From NCBI GenBank assembly GCA_020353515.1, contig CP070695.1:1170660-1234659 (forward strand): 64,000 nt of DNA, given 5' to 3'. The notes under the pieces are model-generated. The model was given only the letters and a program-made list of their open reading frames with translations. It was not told the origin of the DNA and made no database searches. How positions within the stretch are numbered: position 1 is the first letter of the stretch; every line of letters begins with the position of its first letter. The translations under genes were made by a program, and so were the position numbers. Below are positions 29,246 to 37,128 of this stretch, piece after piece. The stretch comes from Candidatus Heimdallarchaeota archaeon (GTDB lineage Archaea; Asgardarchaeota; Heimdallarchaeia; Hodarchaeales; Hodarchaeaceae).

Positions 29246-30325
29246 TTACCCAATTTTCTTACCTAATACACTAGGAACATGAAAATCTTTTACACCATAT
29301 TGTTCATAATAACGGATTGTAATTCTACCGTATTGTATTTTTGATTTTTGAGCAGCTAGTTCTTCTTTTGTAATTTCACCAAGAAGCCATTTTAACGCTA
29401 GATAAGGTAAAACTAAATCATCTTGATAAGCAAAAGTAGATACTCGTGGGTTTATTTCGATGAGATGTTCTCCTTTGAATTGAACATTGATACAATAATC
29501 TAGTCCCAGCTCTTTCATTGCATGTTCAGAGTATGATTCTAGATCTGGACGATTCAAGGTTTTAAAGATCATTGCTAAACCTGATCGTGCTTTTTCACGA
29601 GTTTTCACAGTCGCTAGTAGAGTCTCACCATCTGAAACTAAAGTATCGACTGTACATTCGGGGCCTTCTAAGTATTCCATAAGTAAAAACTGAGGCAGAT
29701 CAATATCTTGAAACATTTCAACGAATTCATTCATGGACATAAATCGATTGAAAGGAAGTTGGTTCATTAATATATCAACTTTATTAATTTCTGGATCTAT
29801 TATCCTAAATCCACGACTTCCTTTCGAAATGTGTGGTTTGAAACAAACTCTCTTATTTGGGAAGCCCAATAACTTAGCACATTCTTGAAATTCATCGAGA
29901 TCTTTTGGATAATAGTATTCTGGTGTTTTTAATCCTCGAGATTTTAAGAATTCAAACAACTCATATTTATTATTGCATATTTCAATTGGTTCAGGTTTAG
30001 AAACCATTACATTAACGTCAAGGTTCTCAAATTTCTTTTTATTTCGAGATATAGGACCAACTTCGGACGAAGATTGAGGAAACAAAATATTGGGTTGCTC
30101 TTCTTCAATAATAGTCAGTAAGGATTGGATATAATCCTCATCATTTGCTGGTGGAACAATATAAGGGGAATCAACCATATTGAAACCAGTTGCATAAGGA
30201 TTCATGTCGATACCAATAATCGTGATTTCCCTCTCTCCGTTATTTTTCAGGCGCCGTATCAAGGCTGGTGCGCCAGGACATCCTACTGATGTGAGTAGTA
30301 TCTTCAATGGTCTTTTCAAAGTCAT
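29246..30325 (-). CDS. ATP-grasp amide ligase (carbamoyl-phosphate-synthase-like single-domain family)
   Basis: ILLTSVG, CNNKY, KP..SKGSRG, MEYLEGPE, NVQFK, LIEINPR; 21 bp upstream of the lyase. Confidence 0.9.
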   Translation of the reverse strand: MTLKRPLKILLTSVGCPGAPALIRRLKNNGEREITIIGIDMNPYATGFNMVDSPYIVPPANDEDYIQSLLTIIEEEQPNILFPQSSSEVGPISRNKKKFENLDVNVMVSKPEPIEICNNKYELFEFLKSRGLKTPEYYYPKDLDEFQECAKLLGFPNKRVCFKPHISKGSRGFRIIDPEINKVDILMNQLPFNRFMSMNEFVEMFQDIDLPQFLLMEYLEGPECTVDTLVSDGETLLATVKTREKARSGLAMIFKTLNRPDLESYSEHAMKELGLDYCINVQFKGEHLIEINPRVSTFAYQDDLVLPYLALKWLLGEITKEELAAQKSKIQYGRITIRYYEQYGVKDFHVPSVLGKKIG

Positions 30326-30428
30326 CAATACCCTGAAATATTCCTATTATTAGGATAAATGTTATAATTGATCAAATTTAGACTAACTCAAAAGATTTCC
30401 TTTAAGTCTTTGAATTGATAAAAGCTCA

Positions 30429-31508
30429 TCACATTTCTTTGATAGCTAAGCTCAATTTCTCAAGTCCTTTCTCCAGTTCTTCGGTTTCTCCTCCAAAACC
30501 AAGACGGAAAAAATGATCCATTTTGAAACAATAACCTGGGACTGTGAAAGTTCGGTATTTCTCCACCAAAAGACGACAGAGCCTCTCTGAAGACTCATTA
30601 AATCGAGGAAAACAAGTAACACTACCCTTAGGAGGTATAAAACTGAGACGATCCTCATCCTCCATCCAATCAAAAACAATATTATAATTCTCCTTAATCC
30701 TCTGCATGATAGTTTTTAAGTGTCGATCTTTCTTTCGTAAAATTTGAAGTGCGATGGCCTCATTTAAAGCTGAATTACAGATTGTTGTCTGTTCCCTAAC
30801 TTTCAGGATGCCATCAATTATTGTTTTCTCTAGAGAAGCACTCCATCCGACGCGTATTCCAGGAAGACCGTAAACTTTGGACATTGTCGATACACTAATC
30901 ACATTAGAACTTAAATTGGCTGCAGGTGGCAAAACTTTCCCAAAGGTTAATTCACGATATGTTTCATCCAGTAATAAGTAAATATTTCGATCTTCAACAA
31001 TATCAATAATTTGTTTCAACTCTTCTATAGTTATGATTGATCCAGTTGGATTATTAGGGTGGGTTAAACATATAAGCTTTGTATTTGGTTTTATCATGTC
31101 CTCAAGCTTCTGAAAATTTGGTTTAAATCGCTCTTCAAAATCTAAAAAGAACAAATCCATTGATCGTTCCAAAGATTGTGGAATATACCAAAAAGAGGGA
31201 TAATTTGGACATTCTACTATAATATGGTCTTTCTTACTTGTTAAAGAAGCCATAATGGAAAAAATTGATTCCGCTGCTCCTGTTGTTACAGCAATATTAT
31301 CCCAACCTAATTTCTCATAAAAACTTGCAATCTGTGTTCTTAACTCAGGGTTTCCTAAATGATGAGTATATCGTAATTCAACCTCATTTAAATTCAAGTC
31401 TAATTCCCCAAGCTTTAGAAATTTAACTCCACTTTCTCCAATATCATAATCAACATCAAATTGGTATTTATCAAACCATTCTTCTAGAAGCATTCGTTTA
31501 AATGTCAT
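30429..31508 (-). CDS. PLP-dependent class I/II aminotransferase-fold enzyme
   Basis: IGESGV, PNNPTG, DETY, TMSKVYGLPGIRVGW, FRLGFG. ATG 31508 with GAGGT SD. Confidence 0.92.
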   Translation of the reverse strand: MTFKRMLLEEWFDKYQFDVDYDIGESGVKFLKLGELDLNLNEVELRYTHHLGNPELRTQIASFYEKLGWDNIAVTTGAAESIFSIMASLTSKKDHIIVECPNYPSFWYIPQSLERSMDLFFLDFEERFKPNFQKLEDMIKPNTKLICLTHPNNPTGSIITIEELKQIIDIVEDRNIYLLLDETYRELTFGKVLPPAANLSSNVISVSTMSKVYGLPGIRVGWSASLEKTIIDGILKVREQTTICNSALNEAIALQILRKKDRHLKTIMQRIKENYNIVFDWMEDEDRLSFIPPKGSVTCFPRFNESSERLCRLLVEKYRTFTVPGYCFKMDHFFRLGFGGETEELEKGLEKLSLAIKEM

Positions 31509-31657
31509 TGTACCTACCTCAGAAGAAATAACTGTGAAATATGTTGTTATTTGGAAATTAAGGTTTGTATCTAAAGTTTTAGGGTAGAACCTATATCTAG
31601 AAAAAAAAGGAGTAAAAACTGCCTGAGAATCCAAACTAGATCTATTGCGTTAAGGAT

Positions 31658-31670
31658 AAAGCTTTTAACC
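31658..31670 (+). promoter_or_regulatory. Putative archaeal BRE/TATA promoter for the structured leader
   Basis: Purine-rich element plus CTTTTAACC about 25 nt upstream of hairpin 1 (31696). Confidence 0.4.
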
Positions 31671-31695
31671 TCAAATAAAAGAAGCAAATATAGAT

Positions 31696-31861
31696 GGAGA
31701 ACCCAGGAATCTCCTTACGAAAACTAGGTGTGACACTATGAAACTTTCAATTGCCTCTATTATGTGGTGTATGGGCAATGGTATTATTGTCACACATCCC
31801 TATTTTAAATAAAAACCCAAGTCTCAACTTTTCCTGGGAGTTTGAGACAAAAGACGGAGGT
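31696..31861 (+). ncRNA. Candidate structured cis-regulatory RNA (three hairpins plus an 8-bp loop-loop pairing)
   Basis: GGAGA/TCTCC; GTGTGACA/TGTCACAC with inner ATTGCC/GGCAAT; GTCTCAA/TTGAGAC. Loop CCCAGGAA (31702-31709) is complementary to TTCCTGGG (31831-31838). Ends at a GGAGGT SD. Confidence 0.5.
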
Positions 31862-31871
31862 TTGCTCATAA

Positions 31872-31997
31872 ATGTTCTGTGAAACCTGTGGTACAGTGTT
31901 AAACGTAAATGGTTTATGTGTAAATTGTGACAAGAAACAAGACAAAAACATGAACACTGAAGGTCAGATAGAAGTAAAATTAGATATGACAGGATGA
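31872..31997 (+). CDS. 41-aa zinc-ribbon microprotein
   Basis: MFCETCGTVLNVNGLCVNCDKKQDKNMNTEGQIEVKLDMTG; two CxxC; GGAGGT SD at 31856-31861. Below the ORF-track cutoff. Confidence 0.75.
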   Translation: MFCETCGTVLNVNGLCVNCDKKQDKNMNTEGQIEVKLDMTG

Positions 31998-32006
31998 ATT
32001 AATAGC

Positions 32007-32234
32007 ATGAAGAATGATTCACGATTTTGTTCTGTATGTGATAAGCTCCTATTAAAACGAGATCGATCTGGATTCGTTTTAGTAATACGCTGTGATCAAT
32101 GTAAGAAATTAATACATGAACGATGTTATTTGAATCATCATTTAGAATGTCATAATCTAATTGGCATTGTAATAGAATCTGAGGTTAAAAAAGAGCTTAA
32201 TTCTTTTACTGACGATATAGGTAATATTGGTTGA
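32007..32234 (+). CDS. 75-aa zinc-finger protein, PHD/C1-like ligand pattern
   Basis: CSVC-x17-CDQC-x4-H-x2-C followed by HHLECH; starts 9 bp after the microprotein. Confidence 0.7.
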   Translation: MKNDSRFCSVCDKLLLKRDRSGFVLVIRCDQCKKLIHERCYLNHHLECHNLIGIVIESEVKKELNSFTDDIGNIG

Positions 32235-32296
32235 TTATCATCCCAAGCTATTTTCCTCAAAAATAGACTTAAGATTGATCAAAAACATGTAAGCAT

Positions 32297-33166
32297 GTGT
32301 CAGTAATTCATATTCTATTTTCGCTATGTGCCATTATAGTCGCTTATTTCATTCTAACGTACAGTATTACTTTTCTATTGGCGAATGTTCCAAGAAGATC
32401 AGTGAATGATGTACCTGATTGGGGAATAGTTAATGATATTCGAATTCCTACAGTTGAAGGGAAGAAATTAGAATGTTGGGTAGTTTACCCTAAAGAAAAT
32501 GCCAATAAGAACAATCCTGCTATAATATTAATACACGGGTGGGGAAGAAACAGGGGACGAATGGTTTCGAGGGCTAGGAACTATGGTAGGCATGGATACA
32601 CAACTATTTTGTTCTCAGTAAGGGATCATGGCAATTCTGACAAAGAGCTTACTGGAATGAGTATTTTAAAATTCAGTCAAGATTTAAATTCCTGTGTAAA
32701 TTGGTGGGGAAAACCTGTGATAGTAAATGGCCATTCAATCGGTGCTGGGGCCTCAATAATTGTAGCAGCGCAAAATTCCTTAGTGAAAGGGGTAATAGCA
32801 GAATCTCCTCCATACGCTTTTCTTCATAGCCTTAAATATGTATATAAACCTATCTTGAAGTGGACTACTCCTTTTTTTTTACCAGGTATTAAACTAATTG
32901 CTTTTGTTAAGTTTAGAAATCATTCCAAACAGGAATTTTCCCCGCTTGATGCTGCCTCACTTATAACAGTCCCAACTCTGTTGATACATGGAAAAGAGGA
33001 TGAAATTTTGCCATATGAGCTTACATATCATTTACAAAAAGAAATCTCACAGAGTCAGATGTGGACTCCTAATGGAATCGATCATTACAACATTGAAGAA
33101 CATCCTGAATACAATAATCGAGTTATTAGTTTCATTGAATCTAACTTTGGTTCAAAAAAACATTAA
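32297..33166 (+). CDS. Membrane-anchored alpha/beta hydrolase
   Basis: N-terminal TM, IHGW, GHSIG nucleophile elbow, IHGKEDEI, DH. Confidence 0.9.
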   Translation: MSVIHILFSLCAIIVAYFILTYSITFLLANVPRRSVNDVPDWGIVNDIRIPTVEGKKLECWVVYPKENANKNNPAIILIHGWGRNRGRMVSRARNYGRHGYTTILFSVRDHGNSDKELTGMSILKFSQDLNSCVNWWGKPVIVNGHSIGAGASIIVAAQNSLVKGVIAESPPYAFLHSLKYVYKPILKWTTPFFLPGIKLIAFVKFRNHSKQEFSPLDAASLITVPTLLIHGKEDEILPYELTYHLQKEISQSQMWTPNGIDHYNIEEHPEYNNRVISFIESNFGSKKH

Positions 33167-33200
33167 TTAATTTTCTGAATAAAGAAAGTAGGAAGAATAT

Positions 33201-33683
33201 ATGCCCCCTCTAAAAATCAATTGGATTATTCCAGGAAAATTGGCTGGTAGTGCGTTTCCCCTCTCAAATGAGGTTCTTTCCTTACCTAAACTGAATTTAA
33301 TGCTAATTGTAAATCTCACATCTCATGGTTTACCAAATACATTGAAGGAGCAATTGAAAGATAAAGGGGTGGAAATCAGCCGTTTTCCAATTCCTGACTT
33401 TAGTATTCCAACACCAAATGTTATTCATCAATATCTTCAAACCGTATGTGAAACGCTGCGTCAAGATCAAGCAGTTCTAACGCATTGTATTGCTGGATGT
33501 GGAAGAACTGGAACAATGACTGGATTATTTCTAGTAACTCATGATTACTCACCAGAAAAGGCGCTAGAGATCATTCATGAATCTTTAGGTGAAGGATGTC
33601 CCGATACTAAACAACAAGCAAGTCTACTTCATCAGTACAGAAGAAAATGCCCAAATTACTCCCAGTGTAAAGGCAAGTTTTAA
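33201..33683 (+). CDS. Dual-specificity/protein-tyrosine phosphatase
   Basis: PIPDF acid loop, HCIAGCGRTG (CX5R). Confidence 0.92.
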   Translation: MPPLKINWIIPGKLAGSAFPLSNEVLSLPKLNLMLIVNLTSHGLPNTLKEQLKDKGVEISRFPIPDFSIPTPNVIHQYLQTVCETLRQDQAVLTHCIAGCGRTGTMTGLFLVTHDYSPEKALEIIHESLGEGCPDTKQQASLLHQYRRKCPNYSQCKGKF

Positions 33684-33688
33684 AATCA

Positions 33689-34465
33689 GTGTTCCTAATG
33701 GTTATTTTAATTCCTAATTCTCAATTTGATTCCATTCGTTATATATTTGATTCAAATCAACAAATGAGAAATGTAATCGAGGCCATTCCTAGGTTGACAA
33801 CAGGAAAACTCTGGGTAGATAACCTGGACAATCCTTCAATGGCACTTTATTCAATACCTGGCATTAATTTCTTAGCAGGAACCCCTGATCCGCAAAATAT
33901 AGATGATTTACTAGGTAAAATACCTTCCAAAGAGAATATTTTTATCCCTACTACAAAGTGGATAGAAATTTTAAAACAGTATTTTGGGATCAAGCTTGGA
34001 ACCTTTAATAGATATGCTCTTTCTGCGACTTCTTTAAGACTAAAAAATATCCGTAATCTAAAAGAAAAACTTCCTAGAGGATTCTATTTTCTAGATGTTG
34101 ATACATCAATTCTAAATCAAATCAAAGACTCAATTGGGTTTTTTATTCATTTGTTTTTTGGAGACCCTGAGTCTTTCATGATTTCTGGGAGAGGATATTG
34201 TATTAAGCATGATGATACCGTAATAAGTATTGCTTCATCGTTAGTGCCTTATACAAAGAGCCTTGAAATCCAGGTAGACACAATAGATTCTCCAAAGTAT
34301 CGTCGAAAAGGATTTGCCACACGAGTAGCTGCTGAAATGATTGAATATTGCTTAGAAAATGGGATTGAACCCCATTGGGATGCTGATACTATTATCTCAA
34401 GAGATTTTGCCCTTAAACTTGGGTATACCAACCCCCAATCTTATTCTTGTTATTATTGGGTATAA
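33689..34465 (+). CDS. GNAT-family acetyltransferase
   Basis: EIQVDT, YRRKGFAT, PHWDA...LALKLGY. Confidence 0.88.
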   Translation: MFLMVILIPNSQFDSIRYIFDSNQQMRNVIEAIPRLTTGKLWVDNLDNPSMALYSIPGINFLAGTPDPQNIDDLLGKIPSKENIFIPTTKWIEILKQYFGIKLGTFNRYALSATSLRLKNIRNLKEKLPRGFYFLDVDTSILNQIKDSIGFFIHLFFGDPESFMISGRGYCIKHDDTVISIASSLVPYTKSLEIQVDTIDSPKYRRKGFATRVAAEMIEYCLENGIEPHWDADTIISRDFALKLGYTNPQSYSCYYWV

Positions 34466-34668
34466 ATCTAATATTCTGGATATATATAGGATTGAAATAA
34501 TAGAGACATTTCACATCCTTTCTATTATACTTTTTTGAAAGGAAGAATATAAAAAGCCCAAAATTTAAATGTCTTAGATTAATTTTTAGCTTCCCCTGTA
34601 TCATCGGATGGTTTAATTGATCCGTAAATGATCATTTTAAATTGAGATACTGTTTGGAGGATTGAAGA

Positions 34669-36990
34669 ATGAGGAAAAGGAGATTATTCAACTTATTAAG
34701 TATAATTATGTTATTAGCCATTGTTATGGCTAGCAATGTTTTTTCTACACCCAGAAATATAATGCAAGCCACTACTGATAATTGGTCTACAGATTGGCGT
34801 CCTTTCGGTGCATATGTTGAAAATCTAAGATTTGTAGTGTTCACTGAGGGTGAAATCCCCCTTGCGATGTTAGCTCTTCAAAATGGTGATATTGACTGTT
34901 ATGATGATCGAGTTCCCCCTGAGAATGTTAGTGATCTTGAAAGTAATCCAAATATAAATGTGACATATACACCCAGTTTAAGATTTCGGGCTCTCACCTT
35001 GAATTGTGAAAAGTTTCCATTGAACATTACGGCCTTCCGTCGTGCAATGGCCTTCGGATTTGATAAATATCGTGCTAACGAAGAGATCCTCGCGGGGAAT
35101 GGGCAACTACAAGATAGTTATATACCAAGCTGTGCAGAAGAATGGGAAGTTGAAAGTTTACTGGAAAATCATTTTTATGAGGCAGATTATGTCTCTGGTA
35201 ATGCATCTCTTGAAAATGCTGGTTTTACAGACTTAGATGGCGATGGATGGCGTGAATACGATGCTGACCGTTCTGGTACTTGGACACCTAGTGACATTGA
35301 CGACAATGATCCAGCCTTAGTAATGGAAATGTATGCAACAGCAGGATATGATCCAGCTATTATTGCATGTGAAATTCTGAGAGATGGTCTTGCAGCAATG
35401 GGTGTTCGTTCCACCTTTGTTGAAATGGAATTTAGTGAAATTCTTGACCGTCTGCTTGTAGGCGATGCTTGGGTTGCCTGTTGGACTGAAGGTCGAAGTA
35501 TTATAAATACACCAAGAGATCTATATGATTCCTTTAGAACTGGGGGAATCTGGAACCAAGACCCTTTTAATTATTATCATTTTAGTAATGATACTATCGA
35601 TGTAATGCTAGACTCAATGTTTGATTCATCTAGCCCTGAAGAAATAAAACAATATGCTCGTAATGCTGGTTTATTACTAGCTTTTGAGCAACCTCAAATC
35701 GTTGTGTACAACGATGTCAATATAGGGGCTTACCGCACCGACAGATTTGATGGATGGTTTGAATTCGCTGGTGTAGGAACCGCGGGTAGTTATCAACAAA
35801 CTAATCCATACTGTGCTACAAAAGTACACCTAAAAGAATCCTTGGGTGGTCCTTATGGTGGTATTCTCTGGCATTGTTTATCCGACAGAATGAACACTTG
35901 GAATCCTTACTTACAAAATACACGTTATGAAGCTACAGTCTTTCAATACATCTATGAATCTCTATGGAATGTTGATCCTTATACATGGGATCTAATTCCA
36001 GGATTAGCTTATGATTGGGATTCCGAGCAAACAGTAGCGGGGGGAGACCTTCAAGATGGTCAAAAGTATACTTTTTACCTCTACGAGAATGTATTCTGGC
36101 ATGATGGAGAAATGTTAACCGCAGAAGATGTCAACCACTCCATATACATGTGGAGAGATAGTCCATATCATAATCCAGAAATGTGGGACATCTATAGAGT
36201 AGAAATGCCTGATGGCCCTGATGGCCATACCATTGAACTTTATGTCAATAACAAGAATTATTTCGAGTTTGCTGATACTACTAATTTCTATATCACACCA
36301 GAACACATCTGGAATACTGTTGAAAACGTCACAGCTTATAATCCATGGCCAGGAGATGAAACCATTGTTGGAACTGGTCCCTACAAAGTACGCCCTAATG
36401 GCTGGGTACCTGGTGAGTATATCGATATGATTCGGAACGAAGATTGGCGCTGGGATATTCGAGATTGCACAGGATCATCTGTCGAAACGAGTACTTTTTC
36501 AGAAACTACAGCTGGACTGGAAACTACTGAGACTCCCTGTGAAATAAACCCTCCTATAGTTATCATTAGTGGAATAGAGGATGATGGTTCTTATTCTGGA
36601 AGAATTACTATTGAAGTATCAGCTATTGATGAAAGTGACATCATAAGAACAGAAATAACTATCAAAGATGGCGAAATTGATAAGACTGAAGAAATTGATC
36701 TAGATTTAACTGCTGGTACTTGGATTGGTGAATATGAGCTTGACACCAGAGAATTTCCTGATGATACTTATAGGATTATCATTAAAGTTTATGATGCATG
36801 CAATAATGTCCGAACTATCAGACTTGATATCACCTTTCACAATGGTATTACTGAGGTGAATACTGAGACAAGCATTGAATTCACCGGTGAAATACCAGCA
36901 ATTTCACCTGGATTTGAACACATCACAATAATATTAGGTCTTGGAATGATGACACTAGTTCTATGGCGTCGGAGAAAATATATTTACTGA
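34669..36990 (+). CDS. Family-5 (OppA/DppA-like) solute-binding protein, circularly permuted, with Ig-like domain and PGF-type anchor
   Basis: LALQNGDID, FRRAMAFGFDK, IPGLAYDW, WHDGEMLTAEDV, VGTGPYK; tail ISPGFE-TM-RRRK. Confidence 0.9.
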   Translation: MRKRRLFNLLSIIMLLAIVMASNVFSTPRNIMQATTDNWSTDWRPFGAYVENLRFVVFTEGEIPLAMLALQNGDIDCYDDRVPPENVSDLESNPNINVTYTPSLRFRALTLNCEKFPLNITAFRRAMAFGFDKYRANEEILAGNGQLQDSYIPSCAEEWEVESLLENHFYEADYVSGNASLENAGFTDLDGDGWREYDADRSGTWTPSDIDDNDPALVMEMYATAGYDPAIIACEILRDGLAAMGVRSTFVEMEFSEILDRLLVGDAWVACWTEGRSIINTPRDLYDSFRTGGIWNQDPFNYYHFSNDTIDVMLDSMFDSSSPEEIKQYARNAGLLLAFEQPQIVVYNDVNIGAYRTDRFDGWFEFAGVGTAGSYQQTNPYCATKVHLKESLGGPYGGILWHCLSDRMNTWNPYLQNTRYEATVFQYIYESLWNVDPYTWDLIPGLAYDWDSEQTVAGGDLQDGQKYTFYLYENVFWHDGEMLTAEDVNHSIYMWRDSPYHNPEMWDIYRVEMPDGPDGHTIELYVNNKNYFEFADTTNFYITPEHIWNTVENVTAYNPWPGDETIVGTGPYKVRPNGWVPGEYIDMIRNEDWRWDIRDCTGSSVETSTFSETTAGLETTETPCEINPPIVIISGIEDDGSYSGRITIEVSAIDESDIIRTEITIKDGEIDKTEEIDLDLTAGTWIGEYELDTREFPDDTYRIIIKVYDACNNVRTIRLDITFHNGITEVNTETSIEFTGEIPAISPGFEHITIILGLGMMTLVLWRRRKYIY

Positions 36991-37128
36991 AATTCTAGCC
37001 TGATTCCATTATCTCAAAGAAATCATAAATTATAAATAGGAGTTCTACGGTTATTACAAGAGCTATTCAAGTCCGAATTTCTATTTTAAAGGGATCTAAT
37101 TTTTAAAAGGGATTAGGAAGGTAATTCA

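Noticed and set aside
31694-31882. Selenocysteine read-through of TGA 31739-41 (frame stays open afterwards) with the hairpin as SECIS
   Set aside because: No 3' GA partner for a SECIS core and the product resembles no selenoprotein I know.
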